Of a stretch of 64,000 nucleotides of DNA, positions 37,660-46,846 are shown in pieces. Source of the stretch: an uncultured Planctomycetaceae bacterium (lineage in GTDB: Bacteria > Planctomycetota > UBA8742 > UBA2392); NCBI GenBank assembly GCA_964652605.1, contig CAZZBH010000003.1:7800-71799 (forward strand), written 5' to 3'. The stretch's first letter is position 1. Each line of letters starts with the position of its first letter. Position numbers and translations under genes: made by a program. Under the pieces are notes generated by a model. The model ran no database searches and was not told the origin of the DNA. It saw nothing but the letters and a program-made list of their open reading frames with translations.

Positions 37660-38445
37660 ATGAGTGTTGTTTCCGACATCCGCGAAATTGCCGCCTGCCG
37701 CGAACTGATCGTGACACTGGCGATGCGCGAAGTGCGTGTGCGCTACAAGCACACGCTGCTTGGCATCGGGTGGGCGCTGGCGATGCCGGTTTCGCTGATG
37801 CTGGTGTTTTCGTTCGTGTTCAGCCGCGTGGCCGGGATCAACACGGGCGACATACCGTACCCGGTGTTTGCTTTTCTGGGACTGCTGCCGTGGCAGTTGC
37901 ACGCCAACATCATTCACCAGGGGGCACGCAGCCTCTCCGACAACCGGGCACTGGTGACCAAGGTGTATTTTGCGCGCGAAGTGCTGCCGCTGTCGGCTGT
38001 GCTGTCGTCGCTGGTGGATTTTCTTGTGGCGTCCATTGTGCTGGCGGGGTTGCTGGCCTGGTACGGCCTGGTGCCCGGCGTCGGCATTCTGCTGGTGCCG
38101 GTAGTGCTGCTGGTGCAGGTTGTGTTCGGTGTGGGGTGCGCGCTGCTGTTGTCGGCGGCGAATCTGCTCTATCGCGATGTGCAGTACATCCTTCAGGTTG
38201 GCGTGACGCTGTGGATGTTTGCCAGCTCAGTGGTGTACGAGATTCCACGCGTGGACGGATGGGAATGGCTGGCATACCTGAACCCGATTACGCCGATACT
38301 GGATGCATATCGCGGGCTGATTGCAGACGGGCAGACAAGCCTGGCCGGAGAGTTCTGGGTCGCAGCCGGCATCAGCCTGTTGACGCTGGTGCTGGCGTGG
38401 CGCTGGTTTCGGCATGTTGAACGCCGCTTCGGGGAGCTTGCATGA
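37660..38445 (+). CDS. wzm: ABC-2 type polysaccharide/O-antigen export permease
   Basis: LIVTLAMREVRVRYKHTLLGIGWALAMPVSLMLVFSFVFSRV plus six predicted TM helices. ATG 37660. Confidence 0.85.
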   Translation: MSVVSDIREIAACRELIVTLAMREVRVRYKHTLLGIGWALAMPVSLMLVFSFVFSRVAGINTGDIPYPVFAFLGLLPWQLHANIIHQGARSLSDNRALVTKVYFAREVLPLSAVLSSLVDFLVASIVLAGLLAWYGLVPGVGILLVPVVLLVQVVFGVGCALLLSAANLLYRDVQYILQVGVTLWMFASSVVYEIPRVDGWEWLAYLNPITPILDAYRGLIADGQTSLAGEFWVAAGISLLTLVLAWRWFRHVERRFGELA

Positions 38446-39710
38446 GCGAAAGCCCCGCGATCAGCCTGCGTTCAGTATGGAAGAGATTCCGCCGCGGCTA
38501 CCAGGTAAGCACGCTGGCTGAACTCGCCGTCACGCTGCCGCGACGCCTGCTTGAGAAGCGCGTGGACGGGTTGCGCCGGCACGAGTTCTGGGCCCTGCGC
38601 GACGTCTCGCTGGATGTGCCGCGCGGCGAGATGCTGGGCATCATGGGCCCCAACGGCGCGGGAAAGTCCACGGTATTGAAGTTGCTGTTCAATATCCTGC
38701 GCGCCGATCGGGGCAAAGTGCATGTGCCGGGTCGGGTGGGCGGCTTGATTGAACTTGGCGCGGGGTTTCATCCGTACCTCAGCGGGCGCGAAAATGTGCA
38801 GATCAACGGCGTAATACTGGGCATGGGTCGCGCTGAAATTCGCCGGAAGTATGACAGCATCGTCGAGTTCGCCGGCTTGCATGAGTTCATGGACATGCCG
38901 GTCAAGAACTACAGCAGCGGCATGTTTGCCAGGCTTGCCTTTGCCATTGCGGCGCACGCTGAGACCGACGTGCTGCTGGTGGATGAAGTGCTGGCTGTCG
39001 GGGACACTTCGTTCCAGCTCAAATGCTACGACTGGATGACCCGCCGCAGGCGCGCGGGCGGCACCATCGTGCTTGTCAGCCACGAGATGAACAACATGCG
39101 CGGGTGTGACCGCTGCCTGTACCTGCGCGATGGCGGCATCGGCGCACTTGGCGAGCCGGGCGAGGCGATCGCAGCCTACTTCGAAAGCGCCGGCGCAACG
39201 GGCGGGCCGGGCAGCGACGAAGTCGGCTTTGTCGCGGCGGCAGACGGCAAGCCACGCGCCGAGATCACCGGCGTCGAGTGGCGTGACGCACGGGGTGCTC
39301 CGCTCAAGACCTTCGTGCCGGGCTCAGCCGCCGTGGTGCGTTTTGATTACGTCGCGCGTGAGCCCGTCAGCCACCCGATTTTCGCGCTGACACTGTTTCA
39401 TGATGACGCGCGATTTTCGTTGCAGTCGCCGCGGCAGTACCTGGTGCACCTGTACAGCGGCGATGAGTTTGCGGACAGTACGCTGCGTGGGGCCGGCAGC
39501 GTCGAAGTCAGCGTGGACGCGCTGCACCTTCCTGTCGGCAGTTATCGCGCCAAGGCCTATTTGTTTGAAGGGGGCAGGCTCAGCCCACTGTATGTGCGCG
39601 ACGGCATCGCGCGCATTGAGTGTGTGCGTCCGGATTTCAGCGACGGGCGCGCGCTGGTTGACCTGCGGCAGCACTGGCGGGCATTGTCCGAACAGGGCGG
39701 CAAAGAATGA
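38442..39710 (+). CDS. wzt: polysaccharide/O-antigen export ABC ATPase with C-terminal substrate-binding-type extension
   Basis: ATGA overlap with wzm. Walker A GPNGAGKST, signature YSSGMFARLAFA, Walker B LLVDEVLAVGD. About 175 extra C-terminal residues (beta-rich). Confidence 0.9.
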   Translation: MSESPAISLRSVWKRFRRGYQVSTLAELAVTLPRRLLEKRVDGLRRHEFWALRDVSLDVPRGEMLGIMGPNGAGKSTVLKLLFNILRADRGKVHVPGRVGGLIELGAGFHPYLSGRENVQINGVILGMGRAEIRRKYDSIVEFAGLHEFMDMPVKNYSSGMFARLAFAIAAHAETDVLLVDEVLAVGDTSFQLKCYDWMTRRRRAGGTIVLVSHEMNNMRGCDRCLYLRDGGIGALGEPGEAIAAYFESAGATGGPGSDEVGFVAAADGKPRAEITGVEWRDARGAPLKTFVPGSAAVVRFDYVAREPVSHPIFALTLFHDDARFSLQSPRQYLVHLYSGDEFADSTLRGAGSVEVSVDALHLPVGSYRAKAYLFEGGRLSPLYVRDGIARIECVRPDFSDGRALVDLRQHWRALSEQGGKE

Positions 39711-41698
39711 GCAAGCGACTGCTCGTGATCACGGAAGAATTGCCGTCGGAGCTTCGGCTGGCGGGTGCTGATCCTGTCGCCAAAGCCGCCTACTACAACC
39801 CGGATGGCTGCTTTGATTCCGTTGCGTTGATCGACTGGGGTCGCGGCGGCGACTGGCCGGAGCTTTCTCATCCTGTACTGGCACTGCCACGCGATGCGGC
39901 TTTGGAGGCCTGGCTGACGGCTGTGCAAGCGGCCGACTTTGCGGCGCCGATGCACGACGAGCTTGTTGCGGGCTGGCCCGGTGTGCCCAATTCATGGCTG
40001 GAATTGATTCGCGAGTTCAACCCCTGCGCGATCCGCGCCTATGGCGTGCGCTGGAGCGGTTGGCTGGCGCTGCAAGTCGGCAGGGCGCTGGAGGTCCCCG
40101 TGCTGTGCAGCGCCCACAACGTGATCGGGCTGGCGTCGCGCGTGCTGCAGGACGCGCCGCTGATCGCCGCCGTCAGCGACGAGGTGGCGCGCGCGTGCAT
40201 TGATTGCGGCGCAGACCCGGCGCGGGTGGTAACGGTTCACAATCGTGTGGATCGCGACCTGTTCACGCCGGACGGGCCCGCGGCTGACGGCCCCGAAGGC
40301 TCGCCGCGCCTGCTGAGCGTCGCGCGCGATGTTCCGCAGAAGAACCTTGACCGGCTGCTTCAGGCCTGCGCCATCGCGCGGCGTCAACTGCCGGGCCTGC
40401 GACTGGTGCACGCCGGGCGCAGCTCCCGCGACTGGTCTGCGCACGACTTCGCGCTGCACTTTGACGCTTTGCCAAATCGAGACCTGCCGTCGTGGATGCG
40501 CTGGGCTGACGCACTGATTCTTCCCAGCCTGTGGGAGGGCTTCGGTACCGTGATTGTCGAGGCGCTGGCATGCGGCACACCGGTTATCACCAGCAACCGC
40601 GGATGCATGGCCGAGATCGTGATCGACCGGTGGGACGGCTTGCATTGCGATCCCGAAGACGCGGCAGACATCGCGCGAGCGATCACTGAGTTGGCAGTGC
40701 CCGGCACACGCGCACGCCTTTCCGCGCCCGCGAGAACGGCCAGCGAGCCCTACGCCCTCGATGCCATCGGCCGACGTGAAGCGGCGCTTTATCGCTGGCT
40801 GCTTGAGCCTGAGCGCCCGGGCATCAGCGTCGTCATTCCAACGCACAACCGCGCTGCGTTCATTGAGCGCGCAGTCAATGGTGTGCTGCTTCAGGCCTAC
40901 CCGGCGCTTGAGCTGGTGGTGGTGGACGACGGCAGCACCGACAACACGCCGGAGATCCTCCGCAATCTGGCCGCACGGCACGGCGACAGGCTGCACGTGA
41001 TTCGCCAGGCCAACACCGGCTTGCCTGGGGCACTCAATGCCGGCTTTGCCGCCGCGCACGGCGAATTGCTTGCCTGGATGGCTGACGACGACGCCTACAA
41101 GCCCGGCGCGCTCGACGCGCTGGCCCGTGAGCTGACGCTGGACCCGCAAACCGGAGGCGTGTTCGCCGACTACGAGTGGGTCAGCGACGGGGGACTGCGC
41201 CAGACGATCGAAACTGGCCCGGTAGAAGAGCTCGCGCAACGCAACGTGGTAGGGTTGTGCGTGATGTTTCGGCGCGAAGCGCTGCAACGCGCGGGCGGGT
41301 TGGACCCGGATTTTCAGCTGGCGGAAGACTACGAGCTCTGGGTACGCATGTCGCGCGCCACACGCCTTTCGCGGCTGCGCCGGGTGTTGTTTGAAGTTAC
41401 GGATCATCCGGGCACGCTGACTAACCGCAACGTCGCCCAGGTGCAGGAAGCTACGATGCGCGTGCAGCACCGTCACTACGGCCCGCCGCGCGATGCGACC
41501 GCACATGCCCAGCAGCTGGCGCGCCTGGCCAGCGCCTACAAGCAACAACGCATGGTGGGCAGGAGCCTTGCCACGGCTTGGCGGCTGATGCGGCACGCCC
41601 CGGCCTCCGGGCTGCGTGCGATGGTGCGCGCCCTTACGCCGGGGTTGCTGCTGCGGCTGACGCGAAGGCTGCGCGGACTCAAGACGGGGGACGCATGA
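39707..41698 (+). CDS. fused glycosyltransferase (GT4-like GT-B N-half, GT2 C-half)
   Basis: ATGA overlap with wzt. N-half PSLWEGFGTVIVEALACGTPVITSNRG...DGLHCDPED. C-half ISVVIPTHNRAAFIERAVNGVLLQAYPALELVVVDDGSTDNT...DDDAY. Confidence 0.85.
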   Translation: MSKRLLVITEELPSELRLAGADPVAKAAYYNPDGCFDSVALIDWGRGGDWPELSHPVLALPRDAALEAWLTAVQAADFAAPMHDELVAGWPGVPNSWLELIREFNPCAIRAYGVRWSGWLALQVGRALEVPVLCSAHNVIGLASRVLQDAPLIAAVSDEVARACIDCGADPARVVTVHNRVDRDLFTPDGPAADGPEGSPRLLSVARDVPQKNLDRLLQACAIARRQLPGLRLVHAGRSSRDWSAHDFALHFDALPNRDLPSWMRWADALILPSLWEGFGTVIVEALACGTPVITSNRGCMAEIVIDRWDGLHCDPEDAADIARAITELAVPGTRARLSAPARTASEPYALDAIGRREAALYRWLLEPERPGISVVIPTHNRAAFIERAVNGVLLQAYPALELVVVDDGSTDNTPEILRNLAARHGDRLHVIRQANTGLPGALNAGFAAAHGELLAWMADDDAYKPGALDALARELTLDPQTGGVFADYEWVSDGGLRQTIETGPVEELAQRNVVGLCVMFRREALQRAGGLDPDFQLAEDYELWVRMSRATRLSRLRRVLFEVTDHPGTLTNRNVAQVQEATMRVQHRHYGPPRDATAHAQQLARLASAYKQQRMVGRSLATAWRLMRHAPASGLRAMVRALTPGLLLRLTRRLRGLKTGDA

Positions 41699-42903
41699 GC
41701 GCCCCCTCAAACGACACGCGCACCAGCCGCCGGCCCCGCGTATTGTGGGTCGGCCGGATGCAGTTCGCCGAGCATTTGCGCGTGCGCGAAACCGAGCTTG
41801 CGCGCGAGCTTACACGCCACGCCGATATCTTCGCGCTGGATCGCAGCGATGCCATGCCCTTCGCGCCCCAGGGATGGCGCGGCAAACTGGGCATGCGCAT
41901 CGGTTTGTGGCGCAGCGCGACGCGAGTGCTTGAAGAGGGGCCGATCACCCGTTTTCGCATGCGCGTCGCCGGGGCGACTGGCCCGGTATGCAACCGGGTC
42001 GCTGCGCGCTTTAACAACCGCAAGCTGGCGGCCGCCGTTAAGCGGTTTGAGTGTTCGCACGTCTTCTTGAGCAGCCCTCTGTTTTTTCTGCCGCAACCGC
42101 CAAGCCGGCGCGGCTACCGAGTGCACTTCGACCTGGTGGATAATTTCTACGATGAATGGCCTGCCGGCATCGTCGGAGATTCGCGCAGGCGCTTTGCCGC
42201 CGACATCATGCGCAACGCCGACACGCTGTCGGCGTCCAGCCACAGTTTGTGCGAACACGCGCAGCTTGTGGCGGGCCGTGTTGCCGCATATGCGCCCAAT
42301 GGCGCGCCGCACGAGCGCTTTCGGAACGTTTCCCATGCCGATGCGGAACGCGTGCGGGAAACGCTGGGCCTTGAGGGCCGCTTTGTCGTTGGGTTCATCG
42401 GCAATCACCACATGCCCTTTGACGGCATGGCAACCCTGCTCGATGCACTGCAGCAGGCACGCCGCACACGGCCGGATCTCGCGCTGATGATCGTCGGGCC
42501 CGGCGCGGACAGGCTGGCCGGACCGGCGGGACTAGGCCGCGACGAGGGCGTGTGGGCGGTCGGCCCGGTGGCGCCGGATGACGTGCCCGCCTACTTCATG
42601 GCTTGCGACGCGGGCGTGCATCCGTACGACATGCGGCCGCTGACGCACGACGCGACACCGCTGAACGTGATTGAGTTCAGCGTGTGCGGCAAGCCCATGC
42701 TGTGCAACCCGCTGCGTGAGCTGCAACGGCTTGCCTTGCCGAATCTGCGGTTCACGCCGGATGGCTCGGTACAGGCGTGGGCGCGTGCGCTGGCCGATCC
42801 GGCAACCTTTGCTGATTTTGACTCGAGCGCGTTGGGTGTTGCCGTGGCCGCATTCGACTGGTGCCGCTCAGCGTCAGTCCTGCGCGCGGAGATGGGCCTT
42901 TGA
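41695..42903 (+). CDS. GT-B fold glycosyltransferase-like protein
   Basis: ATGA overlap at 41695-41698. GT4-like layout (RFVVGFIGNHH...LMIVGPG...) but the motifs are weak. Confidence 0.6.
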   Translation: MSAPSNDTRTSRRPRVLWVGRMQFAEHLRVRETELARELTRHADIFALDRSDAMPFAPQGWRGKLGMRIGLWRSATRVLEEGPITRFRMRVAGATGPVCNRVAARFNNRKLAAAVKRFECSHVFLSSPLFFLPQPPSRRGYRVHFDLVDNFYDEWPAGIVGDSRRRFAADIMRNADTLSASSHSLCEHAQLVAGRVAAYAPNGAPHERFRNVSHADAERVRETLGLEGRFVVGFIGNHHMPFDGMATLLDALQQARRTRPDLALMIVGPGADRLAGPAGLGRDEGVWAVGPVAPDDVPAYFMACDAGVHPYDMRPLTHDATPLNVIEFSVCGKPMLCNPLRELQRLALPNLRFTPDGSVQAWARALADPATFADFDSSALGVAVAAFDWCRSASVLRAEMGL

Positions 42904-42992
42904 AACGCGCGCTGGCACAGTTGGCAAGGGGTTTGGCGGGCCCACCCGGGTGGCTTGCCGGCGCGACTTCAAGCCGCTGGCGGAATCACAGC

Positions 42993-44063
42993 ATGTTCCT
43001 GTTTTTCGCCACGCCGGCGCTCGGCGGCGCAGAGCGTGTGCACGCACAGATTGTCGCGACAGTGGCCGACTATCACCCCGTCGTGATGTTCACCGAGCCA
43101 CCCCGCAAGGCCGAGTTGCTGCCGCTTTACCAGCAACACGCCAGGCCGATGTTTCTACACCCGCTGCGCCGGTCACGGCTGCGCGAATACTTCAACGAAG
43201 CGCGCATCGCCGCCGAGATCAATCGCGCGCGCGACCCCGTTGTGCTTGGCGCGTTCAGCCACTTTTTTTACGCGCTGCTGCCACGCCTGCGAAGCCACGT
43301 GCGCTGTGTGGACCTGATCCACAACTTCGGCGTTCAGTTTGAAACGTTCAGTCTGCCGTACGCGCAGCGGCTGGACGCGCGCGTTGTGCTGTCCGATCGC
43401 ATTAAGACCGACCTTGTGGCGCTGTATGACGCGTTCGGCATTGCACGGGATTGTGAGCGGCGCATTCGGGTGATCCCCAATGCCGTGCCGGTTCCGCCCG
43501 ACGCGCCTCGCAAGCCCGACGGGCCGCTGCGCATTCTGTACGTTGGCCGCGCCGGCCCTGAAAAGCGCCCGCACCTGGTCGTCGCGATAGCAGCAGAGCT
43601 GGCGGCGCGCGGCGTGCAAGCTGACACGACAATGGTCGGCGTAACGGACTCCGACCTGCCCCGCGACCTGCGGCAGCATTGCTCGGCGGTGGGCGTGGTG
43701 ACGGACCGGCAGCGGCTTGACGAGCTGTACGACGCGGCGCACGTAGTACTGCTGACGTCCTCGCGCGAAGGCTTGCCGATGGCGATGCTCGAGGGCATGG
43801 CGCGCTGTGCCGTCCCGGTCGTGACAGCCGTCGGCGCAATTCCTGAGCACGTAAACGATGGCGTAAACGGTGTGCTGCTGCCCGCTGGGCCGGAGCAGGC
43901 GGTGGTGACGCAAGCTGCCGACGCAATCGGCCGGCTGGCGTCGCACCGTGGTGCCTTGGCGGCAATGGGCCAGGCGGCGCGCGAGCACGTGATGCGGCAA
44001 TGCAACGAGGAAGCATTCCGCAGTGGCTGGCGCAGCGTGTTGCTGGGGGGCGATGATGCCTGA
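42993..44063 (+). CDS. glycosyltransferase family 4
   Basis: GGAERVHAQIV N-terminal motif. LLTSSREGLPMAMLEGMARCAVPVVTAVGAIPEHVNDGVNGVLLP (E-x7-E region). Start uncertain (ORF opens at 42861). Confidence 0.8.
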   Translation: MFLFFATPALGGAERVHAQIVATVADYHPVVMFTEPPRKAELLPLYQQHARPMFLHPLRRSRLREYFNEARIAAEINRARDPVVLGAFSHFFYALLPRLRSHVRCVDLIHNFGVQFETFSLPYAQRLDARVVLSDRIKTDLVALYDAFGIARDCERRIRVIPNAVPVPPDAPRKPDGPLRILYVGRAGPEKRPHLVVAIAAELAARGVQADTTMVGVTDSDLPRDLRQHCSAVGVVTDRQRLDELYDAAHVVLLTSSREGLPMAMLEGMARCAVPVVTAVGAIPEHVNDGVNGVLLPAGPEQAVVTQAADAIGRLASHRGALAAMGQAAREHVMRQCNEEAFRSGWRSVLLGGDDA

Positions 44064-46377
44064 CCTGCCCGCCCGGCGCGTTGCGATCGTTACGCCATCC
44101 GTCAGCGACCTCGGCGGCACCGAGGTTTACGTGCAGCGCCTGATACGCATCCAGCACAACCTGGGCCTGCACGTGCGAGTCTATACCCAGGACCCTTCGC
44201 GCGTAAGGCGGACTTGCGAAGGGGCTGAAGTTGTCGGCTGCGGCGACACGCTAAGTGAGGGCATCGCGCCGGCCGGGGTCGTCAGTCGCGCGGCTGCCGT
44301 GCGGCAACTCGCCGACGAGATTGCCGCTTCGTCAGATTGGGTCGAGTTTCACCGGCTCGCGCCGTTTGACTTGATGCGCGCCCTTCGCGGCCGTTTGCCG
44401 ACGCTCGTGTTTCTGCACACGCCGGAGTTGACGTGCCCCGCCCTGGGCAGGCACCTGCCGCGGTCGGGTGTCAGTTGCGATCGACCTCCCGGCATGGGCT
44501 GCATCCGCGTAGATTCATTTGAAGGCTGCATGTCACGCCCGGACGGCAAACGCTTCGCGCCTCACCAGCGACTGCGCGCGCTGGCGCGATTGCCGCTGAC
44601 TCGCGCGACGGCAGAGGCTGCAACGGCGTTCGTGTTCAACAGCGAGGCGCTGTGCGAACTGTTTCTGCGCACCGTGACCGCGTCGCCGCGCACGCTGGTG
44701 CTCCATCCGCCGATCACCGGCAGCGTTGCAGACGCCCCGCGCGTGCCGGATCGTGTGCTGTTTGCGGGACGCCTCGAATGGCACAAGGGCATGCTGGACG
44801 CGCTGGAAGTCGCCGCTCGACTGCCCGGTGTCGAGCTGCGCGTCTGCGGCGAAGGCGGTGCCCGCGCCGCCGCACAAGCCATCGCGGCCAGGCGCGGCAT
44901 CCGCGCAACGTTCACGGGCTGGCTGGATGACGCGGCGCTCGCGCGCGAATACGCTTCGGCGTCGTGCACGCTGGTGCCAAGCCGCTCGTTCGAGGCCTGG
45001 GGTATGGTCGGGCCGGAGTCGATTGCCGCCGGCTGCCCGGTTGTCGGGTTCGATTCCGGCGGAATCCGGGAGTGGCTTGCGCCGGATTTCGGCGAGGTTG
45101 TCCCACAGGGCGACGTCCATGCGCTGGCGCAAGCCGCCGAGCGACAGCTTGTCCGGATGCGCCAGGGCCTCGATACAAGTTCATGGCGTGGCCGCGTGCG
45201 CGCGCGCTGGGGCGAGCCTACATACGTCGAAAGCTATGTGCGCGTCGTTCGCGCCGCTTTCGCGCCGTCGATTGCCGTCAACCCGGGCCATCGAATTGCA
45301 TCTCGGCCGGCAGGCGGGGGGCGGCGCATCGCCGCGGCGCTTGCGATAGCGACACAGCACGCCCGGCAGGCGGTTGCCGCGACAGCGCAAGCCCTTTTGT
45401 TTCGCGAAGGGCCGGAAGATCCTGCACGCGTGGCTGTGTATCGCATCGGCACCATGGGCGACCACGCCTGCGCTGTACATGCATTGAGCGCCATCCGGGC
45501 ACGCCATCCCGACGCCAAAGTTTCACTGATCACGGATAAGCAGGTTGGCGAGCCCTGGCCGGAAAAGCTTGGCATCGCGCAATCACTCCGGCTTGAAGTG
45601 CACACGTATGACACCGCGCGTTCGCTGCGCGAGCTTGTCCGGCAACTCGCCCCGCAGGCCTTGTACTACCTGGCACCCAGGCCGCTGACGCTGCGCCGCG
45701 CACTGCGCGATGCCATGTTCTTTCGCGGCGCCGGCATCACCAGCGCAACCGGTTTTTCAGCCGTTGACTTCACGCCATCGGCGGCCCGCGCGGCACAACC
45801 CTGGCGGACTTCGCCGCCCGAGCCACTTCGACTGCTAAGGGCCTGCGGCCTGCCCGAGCGTTCGGCCATCGCGCCGCCGCTAGGCAGACTCGAAAGCCTT
45901 CCGCCCAACGCAGTCGCCATCGCGCCCGGCGGCAAGTACCCGGTACAGCATTGGCCGGAGGCACGCTACATCGAACTGGCGGTACGGCTGTCGGCGCTTG
46001 GATACGCGCCCGTGTGGCTTGGCGACGCACAGGACGGCGCGCGGCTGCGTGCCCTTGGCGCCAAGCCCGGTACAGACCTGACAGGCAAGCTGTCGCCGCC
46101 TGAGCTGATGGCCGCACTGGCACAGACCCGCGCTGTTGTCAGCAACGACACCGGCACGGCCCACTTAGCCGCCTGGCTTGGCACCCCGCTGCTGGTGATC
46201 AGCTCGGCGCGCGACAACGCGGGCTCGTGGCACCCGTGGGGGGCAAGCGCCGTGCGCGTCCTTCGTCGGCCGATGACGTGCGAGGGCTGTCGTCTGCGCG
46301 AGTGCGACGACACATCCTGCCTGCAATGGATCGATGTCGAGTCAGCGTGGCGAGCGTTGCAATCTTTGTTGTCATGA
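44053..46377 (+). CDS. fused glycosyltransferase (GT4 N-half, GT9 heptosyltransferase-like C-half)
   Basis: Overlaps the previous stop by 11 nt. N-half PSRSFEAWGMVGPESIAAGCPVVGFDSGGIREW. C-half VAVYRIGTMGDHACAVHALSAIRARHPDAKVSLI, PGGKYPVQHWPEARYIELAVRL, VVSNDTGTAHLAAWLGTPLLVI. Confidence 0.8.
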   Translation: MMPDLPARRVAIVTPSVSDLGGTEVYVQRLIRIQHNLGLHVRVYTQDPSRVRRTCEGAEVVGCGDTLSEGIAPAGVVSRAAAVRQLADEIAASSDWVEFHRLAPFDLMRALRGRLPTLVFLHTPELTCPALGRHLPRSGVSCDRPPGMGCIRVDSFEGCMSRPDGKRFAPHQRLRALARLPLTRATAEAATAFVFNSEALCELFLRTVTASPRTLVLHPPITGSVADAPRVPDRVLFAGRLEWHKGMLDALEVAARLPGVELRVCGEGGARAAAQAIAARRGIRATFTGWLDDAALAREYASASCTLVPSRSFEAWGMVGPESIAAGCPVVGFDSGGIREWLAPDFGEVVPQGDVHALAQAAERQLVRMRQGLDTSSWRGRVRARWGEPTYVESYVRVVRAAFAPSIAVNPGHRIASRPAGGGRRIAAALAIATQHARQAVAATAQALLFREGPEDPARVAVYRIGTMGDHACAVHALSAIRARHPDAKVSLITDKQVGEPWPEKLGIAQSLRLEVHTYDTARSLRELVRQLAPQALYYLAPRPLTLRRALRDAMFFRGAGITSATGFSAVDFTPSAARAAQPWRTSPPEPLRLLRACGLPERSAIAPPLGRLESLPPNAVAIAPGGKYPVQHWPEARYIELAVRLSALGYAPVWLGDAQDGARLRALGAKPGTDLTGKLSPPELMAALAQTRAVVSNDTGTAHLAAWLGTPLLVISSARDNAGSWHPWGASAVRVLRRPMTCEGCRLRECDDTSCLQWIDVESAWRALQSLLS

Positions 46378-46413
46378 CTCGCGCAAAATTTCCCGGTCAT
46401 TTCGGAATTCGGT

Positions 46414-46442
46414 TTGACAGCCTCATCGCCGTCTTGTATTAA
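46414..46442 (+). promoter_or_regulatory. sigma70-type promoter of the ArsR-family operon
   Basis: TTGACA (46414-46419), exact 17-bp spacer, TATTAA (46437-46442). Located 30 nt upstream of ATG 46472. Confidence 0.6.
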
Positions 46443-46468
46443 ACCAGTTGGTTACATAACCGAACGGT
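46443..46468. promoter_or_regulatory. imperfect inverted repeat, candidate ArsR-family operator
   Basis: ACCAGTTGGTT-ACAT-AACCGAACGGT lies immediately downstream of the -10, overlapping the expected transcription start. Confidence 0.45.
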
Positions 46469-46471
46469 AAA

Positions 46472-46846
46472 ATGATGGTGATGCTCGACCAACTCAGCGC
46501 AACGTTTGGTGCCCTCGCCGACCCAACACGCCGCGAAATCCTGGCCCGTCTAAGCCGCCGCCAGATGAGCGTCACGGAGCTGGCCGAGCCTTTCGACATG
46601 ACCATGCCGGCCGTGTCCAAGCACCTCAAAGTGCTGGAGCGCGCGGGACTGATCGAGCGCTCACGTGAAGCGCAGTGGCGCCCCTGCAAGCTCAACGCCA
46701 AGCCTTTGAAGGAAGTTTCCGACTGGGTGGAGCGCTACCGCAAGCAGTGGGAGGAAAGACTGGACCGGCTGGACGAGTATTTGAAAGAACTGCAATCCAA
46801 AGAACTGAGATCCAGGGAGAAGAAGGATGGCCGCAACAATGATTGA
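46472..46846 (+). CDS. ArsR/SmtB-family transcriptional regulator
   Basis: ALADPTRREILARLSRRQMSVTELAEPFDMTMPAVSKHLKVLERAGLIERSREAQW is a typical wHTH. Confidence 0.9.
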   Translation: MMVMLDQLSATFGALADPTRREILARLSRRQMSVTELAEPFDMTMPAVSKHLKVLERAGLIERSREAQWRPCKLNAKPLKEVSDWVERYRKQWEERLDRLDEYLKELQSKELRSREKKDGRNND

